From contig CAKPPW010000003.1 of the NCBI GenBank assembly GCA_934177995.1, positions 5,938 to 69,937 of the forward strand: a DNA stretch of 64,000 nt, in the 5' to 3' direction. The translations under genes were made by a program, and so were the position numbers. Positions 46,966-56,519 of the stretch are shown here, piece after piece (positions within the stretch are counted from its first letter, which is position 1; every line of letters begins with the position of its first letter). The notes under the pieces are model-generated. The model saw nothing but the letters and a program-made list of their open reading frames with translations. It ran no database searches and was not told the DNA's origin. This stretch comes from an uncultured Bacilli bacterium. GTDB taxonomy: Bacteria; Bacillota_I; Bacilli_A; RF39; UBA660.

Positions 46966-47646
46966 ATGGAAGTATATCAAATAATTAGTTTAGTAGTTTT
47001 AATTATTATAATTATTTATTCAGCAGTATTATCAGTAATATACTATGTAAGAAGTTATAAGAGTAAAAAGATAGATGCTAGTAATAAAAGTGGTAAAGAA
47101 ATAGTTGCATCTATCTTAGCTAAGTATAATTTAAAAGATATAAAGATAGAAAAAATAGATGGCAGTGATAGATATTTCTATACTGAAGATACTGTTTACT
47201 TATCTAAAGATATCTATGAAGGTAAAAGTATTTATGATGTAGCAGTTAGTGGTTATCTTGTCTCATCTTTTATTAAGAATAATGAGTCTAAATATTTAAT
47301 TAGAGTTTTATCGAATTTATATTCATTTTTAGATTTTACTATATTATTTAGTTATGCTATTGTCATTCTAGGACTAAGTTTTGAAATAAGTAATCTTGTT
47401 TGGATAGGTGTTTATCTTCTTATTTTTGCTTTCATAAGTAACTTATGCTTATATATTAAAGAAAGAAAATTAATAAATGATACTGTTAATATATTAAGAC
47501 ATGAAGAGATTATTACTACTACTTTAAAAGAAAAAACTACTAAGATGTTATTTTCTATAGTAAGTTTATCAGTAGCTTCCCTAGTTTTTAAAGTGACTTC
47601 TTTCTTTCAAAAAGCAATATATATAATAATAAATGATGAGGAGTAG
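46966..47646 (+). CDS. YugP-like membrane protein (zinc-metallopeptidase fold family) lacking the HExxH motif
   Basis: The layout (N-terminal TM, SGKEIVASILAKYNL..., C-terminal TMs) parallels YugP. GYLVS sits where HEAGH is expected. Confidence 0.5.
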   Translation: MEVYQIISLVVLIIIIIYSAVLSVIYYVRSYKSKKIDASNKSGKEIVASILAKYNLKDIKIEKIDGSDRYFYTEDTVYLSKDIYEGKSIYDVAVSGYLVSSFIKNNESKYLIRVLSNLYSFLDFTILFSYAIVILGLSFEISNLVWIGVYLLIFAFISNLCLYIKERKLINDTVNILRHEEIITTTLKEKTTKMLFSIVSLSVASLVFKVTSFFQKAIYIIINDEE

Positions 47647-47650
47647 AATT

Positions 47651-48025
47651 ATGAATTTAAAAGAAATTAATCCTTTAGTTTTAGCTTATCTAGGTGATAG
47701 TGTTTATGAAACTTATATAAGACTTTTTCTAGTTAAGAAAAAGATACCTAATATTGGTAGTCTACAAAAAGAATCTCTTTCTTATGTAACTGCTAAAAGT
47801 CAAGCGTCTATACTTACTAAGTTGGTTGATGATAACTTTTTTAATGAAGAAGAACTTACTATAATACGAAGAGCTAGAAATACAAAGGGACACAAACCAC
47901 CTAAAGGTTGTGACTTAGCAACTTATCATTTTGCTACGGCTTTTGAAGCTGTAATTGGTTATTTATATTTAAAAGGCGATAATGAAAAAATTAAGAATCT
48001 AATGGAAAAGATAGAAATGGAGTAG
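47651..48025 (+). CDS. mrnC: Mini-ribonuclease 3
   Basis: LAYLGDSVYE, synteny cysS-mrnC-rlmB. ATG 47651 after GAGGAG. Confidence 0.85.
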   Translation: MNLKEINPLVLAYLGDSVYETYIRLFLVKKKIPNIGSLQKESLSYVTAKSQASILTKLVDDNFFNEEELTIIRRARNTKGHKPPKGCDLATYHFATAFEAVIGYLYLKGDNEKIKNLMEKIEME

Positions 48026-48027
48026 TT

Positions 48028-48729
48028 ATGATAGTATATGGTTATAATGTGGCAGAAGCTATATTAAAAAAAGAAAAAAACTGCAAAAAAATCCGAAAAA
48101 TCGTAATTCAGGATAGTATGATGGGTAAATTTGCTAAATTGCTGCCTGAAAACGTTAAATCTAGGACCTTTTATGCCTCAAAAAGCGAAATTGACTTTTT
48201 GTCAAAAGGATTACATCAAGGTATAATGATAGACATGGACTACTCATACTGTTCATTGAATGAACTTTTGAAGAAGAATCCAGAAAATATTATTATTCTT
48301 GATCATTTAGAAGATCCACATAATCTAGGAGCGATTATTAGAACAGCAGCTGCTTCTTCCTTTGATGGTGTTATTATTCCTAAGGATAGAGAGGTTGGTG
48401 TTACTAGTACAGTAGTAAAAGCTAGTGTAGGTACTATTTTTGATATGGATGTTGTCCAAGTTACAAATATTAAAAATACAATCGAAGAATTAAAAAAAGA
48501 AGGCTTTTGGATAGTAGGTACTAGTATGAATGGGAGTGACTATCGTCAGATAGATTATAGTGGAAAAATAGCTCTTGTTATTGGTAATGAAGGGAAAGGA
48601 ATGAGCAAGTTAGTAACAGATTCATGTGATTTTCTAGCTAGTATTCCTATTGCTTCAAATGTAGAAAGCTTAAATGCTTCTGTAGCAGCAGGTATTATGA
48701 TGTATGAGGTAGTTCGAAATAGAAAGTAG
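48028..48729 (+). CDS. rlmB: 23S rRNA (guanosine-2'-O)-methyltransferase RlmB/YacO (TrmH SPOUT family)
   Basis: LDHLEDPHNLGAIIRTA, GNEGKGMS, SLNASVAAGI. Confidence 0.85.
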   Translation: MIVYGYNVAEAILKKEKNCKKIRKIVIQDSMMGKFAKLLPENVKSRTFYASKSEIDFLSKGLHQGIMIDMDYSYCSLNELLKKNPENIIILDHLEDPHNLGAIIRTAAASSFDGVIIPKDREVGVTSTVVKASVGTIFDMDVVQVTNIKNTIEELKKEGFWIVGTSMNGSDYRQIDYSGKIALVIGNEGKGMSKLVTDSCDFLASIPIASNVESLNASVAAGIMMYEVVRNRK

Positions 48730-48734
48730 GTACT

Positions 48735-49340
48735 ATGAAATACTATAATGATTACGAACTTCTTTATCTTATTAATGAAAATGATGAAATAGCTAAAGAT
48801 ATATTAAAGAGAAAATATGCTCCTTTAATTTATGAAAAGTCTAAGGAATATTATCAAAGAAATCATTATGATATTCCTTCTTTTTCGTTTGATGAATTAA
48901 TAAATTTAGGAAATAGTGTGTTGTTAAGAGCCACTAAAACTTATAATGAAAAAGAAAATGCTTTATTTTATACTTATTTTATTACTTGTCTAACAAGAGA
49001 GTTTTCTCTTTATAAAAGAGGATTACTTGCTAAGAAAAATCAAATACTTTATAGTTTTCCACATGATGTTAATTCCTATGAGATTAATGACTATGTTAAA
49101 GAAGAAGTTAAGTGGGATAATGACCCAAGTAAAGTTTGTGAAGAGAATGAACTGTTCGAGTTTATTAAACAATATATGTATAAACTTGAAGGATATGATA
49201 GAAAAGTATTTGAGTTAAGATATAATGGATTTAAGTATAGAGAAATTGCAGAACTTTTAGAGTTATCTACTACTACGGTTGGTAAAATAGTAGAAAAACT
49301 CAAAAAAAGTTTACAACAAGAATTGAAAAAAGAATGGTAA
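48735..49340 (+). CDS. sigH: Sigma-70 family factor, SigH-like by synteny
   Basis: Region 2-like ILKRKYAPLIY..., region 4 HTH YREIAELLELSTTTVGKIVEKLKK. The position after cysS-mrnC-rlmB matches B. subtilis. Confidence 0.7.
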   Translation: MKYYNDYELLYLINENDEIAKDILKRKYAPLIYEKSKEYYQRNHYDIPSFSFDELINLGNSVLLRATKTYNEKENALFYTYFITCLTREFSLYKRGLLAKKNQILYSFPHDVNSYEINDYVKEEVKWDNDPSKVCEENELFEFIKQYMYKLEGYDRKVFELRYNGFKYREIAELLELSTTTVGKIVEKLKKSLQQELKKEW

Positions 49341-49370
49341 TAGAGTAAAATTAAGATAGGGTGAGTGTAT

Positions 49371-50012
49371 ATGATGAGAGTATTGTTAAAAGATTATATG
49401 AATTCCTATCATGATGTTAAAGATTATCAGCAGACATTTTATGCGATGGATCAAACTCTTAAATATATACATGAAAATAATTATCAGGTATATTCCTTTA
49501 ATCCTGAAACGATTACTCTTTTTAAAGATGATGATAATAAGACTGCTTCAGTAGTTTATCAAAATGTTACTGGATTGGGTGATAAGCCTTTAGATGAAGT
49601 TCATCAGAATATGTTTAATCTAGCACTATTAGAAGTAGCTATTTATACTTCAACCTATCCTTATTTGAAACAAGACTTTTTAAGAGAAAATTTTAAAGAG
49701 ATATCTATGTTGTTACCTAATGAAGATATTGCTTATTATAGAAGAAACTTATTAGAAAAAAATTATTTTTATTATAGTGATTATTGTAATGCTAGAAATA
49801 AGAATGAGATAGAAAAAATAAATAAGAGTCTAGAGTCTGATGGTGGAAAAGATAGAAAGATGGTTAAGTCCACTCCTTATGGTGCTATGTATCAGAATTT
49901 AGGAGAAGATAATAATAAAGCTGCCTTTGTAACTAGATTTATTCTTCCATTTATTATTATTTCTCTTAGTTTATTAATACCTCTATTATCAATTATATTA
50001 GCAAATAAATAA
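49371..50012 (+). CDS. Hypothetical C-terminally membrane-anchored protein with kinase C-lobe-like remnants
   Basis: TLKYIHENNYQVYSFNPETITLF resembles kinase subdomain VIb without HRD. NMFNLALLEVAIYTS resembles subdomain IX. C-terminal TM FILPFIIISLSLLIPLLSIILA. Confidence 0.45.
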   Translation: MMRVLLKDYMNSYHDVKDYQQTFYAMDQTLKYIHENNYQVYSFNPETITLFKDDDNKTASVVYQNVTGLGDKPLDEVHQNMFNLALLEVAIYTSTYPYLKQDFLRENFKEISMLLPNEDIAYYRRNLLEKNYFYYSDYCNARNKNEIEKINKSLESDGGKDRKMVKSTPYGAMYQNLGEDNNKAAFVTRFILPFIIISLSLLIPLLSIILANK

Positions 50013-50063
50013 AGTTCCTATTATGGAGCTTTATTTGTTTTAATTGATGGATTATTTGGTAAC

Positions 50064-50087
50064 AAAAAAACCTTACCATTGGTAAGG
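50064..50087 (-). terminator. Terminator after hup
   Basis: ccttacc-att-ggtaagg, preceded on the plus strand by aaaaaaa, which gives a T-run on the minus strand. Confidence 0.7.
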
Positions 50088-50099
50088 AATTTTGCTTTA

Positions 50100-50375
50100 C
50101 TATTTATTAACAGCATCTTTTAAAGCAGTTCCAGCTTTAAATCCAACGCTCTTGCTAGCTGCGATTTGGATTGTAGCACCTGTTTGAGGGTTACGTCCTT
50201 CACGAGCTGCACGTTCAGAGATTTTGAATACACCAAAACCAGCTACAGATACTTTATTTCCATTTACAAGTTCATCTTTGAATAAATCAAATGTTGCAGT
50301 GAAAACTTTTTCAACATCAGATTTACTTAAACCTGTAGTACTTGCGATAGCTTCTATCATTTCAGACTTTTTCAT
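50100..50375 (-). CDS. hup: Histone-like DNA-binding protein HU
   Basis: MKKSEMIEAIA...GFGVFKISERAAREGRNPQTG. Confidence 0.95.
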   Translation of the reverse strand: MKKSEMIEAIASTTGLSKSDVEKVFTATFDLFKDELVNGNKVSVAGFGVFKISERAAREGRNPQTGATIQIAASKSVGFKAGTALKDAVNK

Positions 50376-50643
50376 TGTTTCACCTCCTGTACTGTCTAAT
50401 TCATTATAGCATATATTTTTTAGAAAAGTATATGATTAATGGGTAAAATTTACACTTTTCTTTATTATTTAAAAGAAAATAGATTATATATAGAAAATAT
50501 GTTTGATTATAAAAGATAAATATGTTATAGTATGAATGTATTAATTCTTATTATGAGTAAAATCAGAGGAGTTTTAACAAATTAATAAAATTCTTTTATT
50601 TTTTCAAAAAAGTGTTATACTAACAACGAAATGAGGTGTTACT

Positions 50644-53451
50644 ATGGATAAAATAATAGTAAAGGGTGCAAGAGAGAATAATTTAAAAAATGTAAATATT
50701 GAACTTCCTAAAAATAAATTGATTGTTATGACTGGACTTTCTGGTAGTGGAAAAAGTTCATTAGCTTTTGATACAATTTATGCAGAAGGACAAAGAAGGT
50801 ATGTAGAGAGTTTATCAGCGTATGCTAGACAGTTTTTAGGTGGTAGTGAGAAACCTGATGTTGATTCTATTGAGGGGTTATCACCGGCTATTAGTATTGA
50901 TCAGAAGACAACTAATAAAAATCCACGAAGTACGGTTGGTACAGTAACAGAAATATATGACTATTTAAGATTATTGTTTGCTAGAGTAGGTACACCATAC
51001 TGTCCGACACATCATATGCCAATAAAAAGTCAAAGTGTAGAAGAAATTGCTAATAAAATATTAGAATATCCAGTTGGTACTAAAATAGTTTTATTAGCAC
51101 CAGCTGTTTATGGTGAGAAAGGTACTCATAAAGAATTACTTGCAGATTTAATGAGTGAAGGTTATATTAGAGTTCGTATTAATGGTGAGATGTATGATTT
51201 GTCTGATAAAATAGAACTAGACAAAAATAAAAAAGATAATATAGAAGTAGTAGTAGATAGATTAGTTTTAAAAGAAGATATACGAAGTCGTTTAAGTGAA
51301 GGGCTAGAAAATGCTTTAAAACTAGGACATGGGAAAGTAGTTGTACAATTTAACTTAGCAAAGGAATTAGTTTTCTCTGAAGATTTTGCTTGTCCTTATT
51401 GTGATTTTTCCTTACCAGAACTAGAACCTAGAATCTTTAGTTTTAATGCTCCATATGGTGCTTGTGAAGAGTGTAAAGGACTAGGAGTAAAATTACAAAT
51501 GGATCCTGACTTAGTAATACCAAATAAAGATTTAAGCTTAGAAGAGGGAGCTATTGTAACATTAGGTGATGACACTGAGGGAATTTATTATAAGAAGTTA
51601 GAGTGTCTTTGTAAGCATTATAAGATAAGTACTAAAAAGGCTTTTAAGAAATTAACTGATAGAGAAAAAGAATTAATTTTATATGGTAGTGATGAACCTA
51701 TTTTATTTGATTATAGGTCAAAAAGTGGTAATCATTTTCATCAAGTAGATTATTATGAAGGTATAATCAATAACTTAGAGAGAAGGTATATGGAAACATC
51801 TAGTACTTGGATTAGAGAATGGCTAGAAAAATTTATGATTGAACATACTTGTGAGACTTGTAAAGGTTCTAGACTAAAAGATAATGTTTTATCAGTATTA
51901 GTTGGTGGAAAGAATATTTATGAATTAACTTGTATGAGTATAAAAGATTTAATACCTTTCTTTACAGAAATCAAACTTAGTGAAGAACAATTAAAAATTG
52001 CAGATTTGTTATTAAAAGAAATATTATCCAGATTAACCTTCCTAAAAAATGTTGGTCTTGAGTATTTAACACTAGCACGAAGTGCTGCTACTTTATCTGG
52101 TGGTGAAGCTCAAAGAATTAGACTAGCTACCCAGATAGGTTCTAGATTAACAGGAGTATTATATGTACTAGATGAGCCAAGTATTGGTTTACATCAAAGA
52201 GATAATGATCGTTTAATTAAATCTTTACTTGATATGCGTGATTTGGGTAATACCTTAATCGTAGTAGAACATGATACTGATACGATGCTTGCTGCTGATT
52301 ATTTGGTTGATGTTGGACCAAAAGCAGGAGATGAAGGTGGAAGAATAGTAGCAGCTGGAACTCCACAAGAAGTTATGCAAAATGATAAAAGTATAACTGG
52401 TAGATACTTAAGTGGAAAAGAGTGTATTGAAGTACCAAAAAATAGAAGAAAAGGTACTGGTAAATATATAACAATTAAAGGAGCAAGAGAAAATAACTTA
52501 AAGAATATTACTGCTAAGATACCTCTTGGTACATTTACTTGTATTACAGGAGTAAGTGGTAGTGGGAAGAGTACTTTAATTAATGAAATATTAGTTAAAA
52601 GTGCGATGAATTATGTTTATCATAGTAAGAATAAGCCAGGACAACATGATAAAATATTAGGACTTGAGAATATAGATAAAATAGTAGATATATCTCAAAC
52701 ACCAATTGGACGTACTCCTAGAAGTAATCCTGCTACTTATACAGGTGTATTTGATGATATTAGAGATTTGTTTACTACTACTAAAGAAGCAAAGATGCTT
52801 GGTTATGAAAAAAATAGATTTTCCTTTAATGTAAAAGGTGGAAGATGTGAAGCTTGTCGTGGTGATGGTGTAAAGAAAATTGAGATGCACTTTTTACCAG
52901 ATGTTTACGTTCCTTGTGAAGTTTGTCATGGAACTCGTTATAATCAAGAGACTTTAAAAATAAAATATAAGGAGAAGAATATTGCTGATGTTTTAGATAT
53001 GCGAGTACATGAAGCGTTAAAATTCTTTGAAAATCATAGTAAAATAAAAAATAAGCTTCAAGTTTTAGAAGATGTTGGATTAGGTTATGTAAAACTAGGA
53101 CAAAGTGCTCCTACATTATCAGGAGGGGAAGCAGAAAGAGTCAAACTTGCTAAGGAATTACAGAAAAAAGCGACTGGAAAAACTCTGTTTGTTTTAGATG
53201 AACCAACTACTGGTCTTCATACTGATGATATAAAGAGGTTGCTTGCAATTTTACAAAAAATAGTAGATAATAATGATACAGTAATAGTAATAGAACACAA
53301 CTTAGATGTTATAAAATGTGCTGATTATATTATTGATTTAGGAAAAGAAGGTGGAGATTTAGGTGGTGAGATAATTGCTACTGGTACACCTGAAGATATT
53401 AGTAAAGAGAAAAACTCTTATACGGGACAATTCCTAAAAAAGATTTTATAG
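50644..53451 (+). CDS. uvrA: Excinuclease ABC subunit A
   Basis: Two ABC modules (GLSGSGKSSLAFDT, GVSGSGKSTLI, two LSGGE signatures) and CxxC zinc modules, 935 aa. Confidence 0.96.
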   Translation: MDKIIVKGARENNLKNVNIELPKNKLIVMTGLSGSGKSSLAFDTIYAEGQRRYVESLSAYARQFLGGSEKPDVDSIEGLSPAISIDQKTTNKNPRSTVGTVTEIYDYLRLLFARVGTPYCPTHHMPIKSQSVEEIANKILEYPVGTKIVLLAPAVYGEKGTHKELLADLMSEGYIRVRINGEMYDLSDKIELDKNKKDNIEVVVDRLVLKEDIRSRLSEGLENALKLGHGKVVVQFNLAKELVFSEDFACPYCDFSLPELEPRIFSFNAPYGACEECKGLGVKLQMDPDLVIPNKDLSLEEGAIVTLGDDTEGIYYKKLECLCKHYKISTKKAFKKLTDREKELILYGSDEPILFDYRSKSGNHFHQVDYYEGIINNLERRYMETSSTWIREWLEKFMIEHTCETCKGSRLKDNVLSVLVGGKNIYELTCMSIKDLIPFFTEIKLSEEQLKIADLLLKEILSRLTFLKNVGLEYLTLARSAATLSGGEAQRIRLATQIGSRLTGVLYVLDEPSIGLHQRDNDRLIKSLLDMRDLGNTLIVVEHDTDTMLAADYLVDVGPKAGDEGGRIVAAGTPQEVMQNDKSITGRYLSGKECIEVPKNRRKGTGKYITIKGARENNLKNITAKIPLGTFTCITGVSGSGKSTLINEILVKSAMNYVYHSKNKPGQHDKILGLENIDKIVDISQTPIGRTPRSNPATYTGVFDDIRDLFTTTKEAKMLGYEKNRFSFNVKGGRCEACRGDGVKKIEMHFLPDVYVPCEVCHGTRYNQETLKIKYKEKNIADVLDMRVHEALKFFENHSKIKNKLQVLEDVGLGYVKLGQSAPTLSGGEAERVKLAKELQKKATGKTLFVLDEPTTGLHTDDIKRLLAILQKIVDNNDTVIVIEHNLDVIKCADYIIDLGKEGGDLGGEIIATGTPEDISKEKNSYTGQFLKKIL

Positions 53452-53461
53452 GAGGATAAAG

Positions 53462-53887
53462 ATGAAAATTGTTATCTTATCAAAAGGAAAAGAAAGACTA
53501 AATAGATCTATAGAGTGGTTATTATATTTTATATCTTACTCTTTAGTCTTCATTATAGTAGGTAGTTTTTTTAAATCATTTTATATAGATAGTGCTCATC
53601 CATTACTATATAGTATACTAGCTACTTTTATTCTCTATATCTTAAATAAAACTGTTAAACCGGTATTGGTTAGTTTAACTATTCCTATAACGGGTGTTAC
53701 TTTAGGATTATTTTATCCTTTCATAAACTTATTTGTTTTGAAATTAGTAGATTGGATACTTGGTAGTCACTTTGACTTGAAAGATTTCTGGGTAGCTCTA
53801 GTTATTTCTATTCTTATTTCTGTTATGAATTTTGTAATGGAAGACATAGTTATAAAGCCACTTATTAGGAGATTTAGACATGAGTAG
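53462..53887 (+). CDS. YvlD/DUF360 (phage-holin-4-like) family membrane protein
   Basis: 141 aa with 4 predicted TM helices, context uvrA...lgt as the B. subtilis yvl genes. The call is from family resemblance only. Confidence 0.5.
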   Translation: MKIVILSKGKERLNRSIEWLLYFISYSLVFIIVGSFFKSFYIDSAHPLLYSILATFILYILNKTVKPVLVSLTIPITGVTLGLFYPFINLFVLKLVDWILGSHFDLKDFWVALVISILISVMNFVMEDIVIKPLIRRFRHE

Positions 53888-54692
53888 AGTAGCATTAGAT
53901 TTAGGTTTTATTAAGATTTATTATTATACAATTTTCATCTTATTAGCTATTGTTTCTGCTACATATTTAATAATTAAAGAAGCTAGAAAACAAAATATAG
54001 ATAAAGATTTTTTAATAAATACTATTTATTATGTAATAATATTTGGTATATTAGGAGCAAGACTATATTATGTAATATTTGAGTGGGATTATTACGTTAA
54101 AAATCCTTTAGAAATATTTGCTATTTGGCATGGTGGACTTGCTATTCATGGTGGTATAATAGTAGGACTAATTTTTATTCTATATTATTGTCATAAAAAT
54201 AAAGTTTCTAATCTGAAGTTTTTAGATATGGTAGTAGTAGGGTTAATTTTAGCACAAGCGATTGGTAGATGGGGCAATTTCTTTAATCAGGAAGCTTATG
54301 GTGCTATAACTACTAAGCAAGAACTTATTAATATGCATATACCGCAATTTATTATAAACGGTATGTATATAGATGGAAACTATTATCAACCTACCTTTTT
54401 ATATGAATCCATTTTAGACTTATTAGGATTTGTAATATTATTTTTAACCCGTCTTTATCCATATCTTAAAATTGGCTTTTTAACTGGCTTATATTTGATT
54501 TGGTATGGAGTAACTAGGTTTTTTGTTGAAGGGATGAGATCAGATAGTTTGATGTTAGGTCCTTTGAAAATGGCTCAAATAGTTTCTATTATGATGATAA
54601 TTTGTGGTATATATTTCTGTTTTATAAGAAATATAAAATCTAAAAAATTTGAAAACTTATATCAAGAAGGAGGAATTAGACATGAAGTATGA
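53880..54692 (+). CDS. lgt: Phosphatidylglycerol--prolipoprotein diacylglyceryl transferase
   Basis: GGLAIHGG, GRWGNFFNQEAYG. Confidence 0.92.
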   Translation: MSRVALDLGFIKIYYYTIFILLAIVSATYLIIKEARKQNIDKDFLINTIYYVIIFGILGARLYYVIFEWDYYVKNPLEIFAIWHGGLAIHGGIIVGLIFILYYCHKNKVSNLKFLDMVVVGLILAQAIGRWGNFFNQEAYGAITTKQELINMHIPQFIINGMYIDGNYYQPTFLYESILDLLGFVILFLTRLYPYLKIGFLTGLYLIWYGVTRFFVEGMRSDSLMLGPLKMAQIVSIMMIICGIYFCFIRNIKSKKFENLYQEGGIRHEV

Positions 54693-55572
54693 AGTTGGTA
54701 TAATAGGATGTGGAGTAGCAGGTATGACTGCTGCTATATATTTGAAAAGAAGTGGTATATCTTGTGCTATATTTGAATCATCAATGCCTGGTGGACAAAT
54801 AGTAGCAAATGATAAGATAGAAAATTATCCTGGGTTTTCCAAGATATCTGGTAGTGATTTAGCTATCTCTATCTTAAATCAAGTTAAAGAATTAGAAATA
54901 CCAGTTATTTTTGAAAAAGTTGAGAAAATAGATAATAAGGGAGTAGAGAAAGAGATAATTACTGATAAAAATACGTATTCTACTTTAAGAGTTATAATAG
55001 CAACAGGCAGAAAATCAAAGAAGCTTAATGTATTATTTGAAGATAAGTATTTTAATCATGGACTTAGCTTTTGTGCTGTTTGTGACGGAAATTTATATAA
55101 AGATAAAGACGTAGTGGTAGTAGGTGGCGGAGATAGTGCCTTAGAGTCTGCTATTTATCTTAGTCCTATAGTAAAAAGTATAACTATTCTTCATAGACGT
55201 GATAAGCTTAGAGCTAAAAAGAGTCTTGTAAATAAAGCAGAAAAATTAGAAAATGTTTCTTTTAAACTTGGTGAAGTATTATCTTTTATTGGAGAAGATA
55301 ACTTAGAAGGGGTTAAATTAAAAAGTGAAGAAGTAATTAATTGTGAGGCTGTTTTTATCTGTATTGGTCAAACTCCTAATACTGAATTTTTAAATAATAT
55401 GAATATTTTATCAAAAGACTCTTACATAGAAGTAGATGATAATTTTGAAACTAAACAGAAAGGTATCTATGCAGTAGGAGATTGTGTTTTTAAACCACAC
55501 TATCAAATTGTTATTGCTATGAGTGAGGCAGCTCGTTGTGCCCTAAGAGTAAGGGAGGATATTCATGAATAA
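54682..55572 (+). CDS. trxB: Thioredoxin-disulfide reductase
   Basis: GIIGCGVAGMTAA, redox CAVCDG, VVGGGDSALE. ATG 54682 after AAGGAGG. Confidence 0.9.
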   Translation: MKYEVGIIGCGVAGMTAAIYLKRSGISCAIFESSMPGGQIVANDKIENYPGFSKISGSDLAISILNQVKELEIPVIFEKVEKIDNKGVEKEIITDKNTYSTLRVIIATGRKSKKLNVLFEDKYFNHGLSFCAVCDGNLYKDKDVVVVGGGDSALESAIYLSPIVKSITILHRRDKLRAKKSLVNKAEKLENVSFKLGEVLSFIGEDNLEGVKLKSEEVINCEAVFICIGQTPNTEFLNNMNILSKDSYIEVDDNFETKQKGIYAVGDCVFKPHYQIVIAMSEAARCALRVREDIHE

Positions 55573-56515
55573 AAAAGTTGTAGTGCTTGGTGGTGGAAAA
55601 GGAATATCTTATCTTTTAGCAGGACTAAAAGATTTTCCTCTTGATATTACGGCAGTTATTTCCGTAGCAGATAATGGACAAAGTACAGGAAAGCTTCGTG
55701 AAGAGTTTCATATTCCAGCTGTTGGTGACATTAGAAAAGTAATTACTAGTTTATCAGAAAGTGATGAAAATATAAAAGAGATGTTAGCATATCGTTTTCA
55801 TACAACCAGTGATTTAGATGGTCATGCTCTTGGTAATTTAATACTAACTTCATTACTAGATATTACTGGTAGTTTAAAATCTGCTATTGAAGAGTTATCC
55901 ATCTTATTAGATGTTAAGAGTAAAATTCTTCCTTTAACAGAAGATGAAAATATAACTTTAATGGGTGAAGCGATAGATGGAGATATAATTGAAGGAGAAG
56001 AGATGATTACTAAGTCTCCTAAGAAAATAAAAAAACTATTTTATAAAGAGGAACCTCATATTCTAAATGAAGTGATTGAAGCTATTAATGAAGCAGATCT
56101 TATTCTTTTAAGCATGGGTAGTTTATATACTTCATTATTCCCTAACCTATTAGCTAAAAAAGTAATAAAAGCTCTTGATAAGACAAAAGCACCTATTATG
56201 TATGTTTGTAATATAGTAACACAACCAGGTGAGACTGATAATTTTACTGTTAGTGATCATGTTAATTTAATAAATCAATACTTAGGTACGCATAAATTAG
56301 ATGTAGTTATTGCTTCAAATTCTCCTATATCTCAAGAAATGGCAGAGAAATATGCAAGTGAAGAAAGAAAAGACCCAGTTAAAATTGATTATGCTGTTTT
56401 AAAATCATTAGATGTAGAATTTATTGAAGCAGACTTGTTAACTATAGCTGATAATACTTTAAAACATCATAGTCAAAAATTAAGTTCACTAATATTTTCT
56501 TACTTAATGAGGTGA
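55565..56515 (+). CDS. yvcK: YvcK family (CofD-like) gluconeogenesis/morphogenesis factor
   Basis: VVLGGGKGIS, PAVGDIRKV, precedes whiA. Confidence 0.88.
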   Translation: MNKKVVVLGGGKGISYLLAGLKDFPLDITAVISVADNGQSTGKLREEFHIPAVGDIRKVITSLSESDENIKEMLAYRFHTTSDLDGHALGNLILTSLLDITGSLKSAIEELSILLDVKSKILPLTEDENITLMGEAIDGDIIEGEEMITKSPKKIKKLFYKEEPHILNEVIEAINEADLILLSMGSLYTSLFPNLLAKKVIKALDKTKAPIMYVCNIVTQPGETDNFTVSDHVNLINQYLGTHKLDVVIASNSPISQEMAEKYASEERKDPVKIDYAVLKSLDVEFIEADLLTIADNTLKHHSQKLSSLIFSYLMR

Positions 56516-56519
56516 TGGT

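Noticed and set aside
50492-50505. Candidate LexA/SOS box AGAAAATATGTTTG upstream of uvrA.
   Set aside because: Only about 7 of 10 arm positions match CGAAC-N4-GTTCG, and the critical C of the left GAAC arm is missing. In A+T-rich DNA this could be chance.
7675-52890. Other short alternative-frame or antisense ORFs in the track: 7675-7923, 11721-11903, 17849-18073, 19098-19295, 19500-19691, 23872-24087, 31329-31553, 40231-40632, 41515-41784, 43911-44135, 49027-49218, 49091-49303, 50224-50409, 52657-52890.
   Set aside because: Each is fully or largely embedded in a confidently identified gene or its terminator. None has ribosome-binding signals or recognisable motifs.
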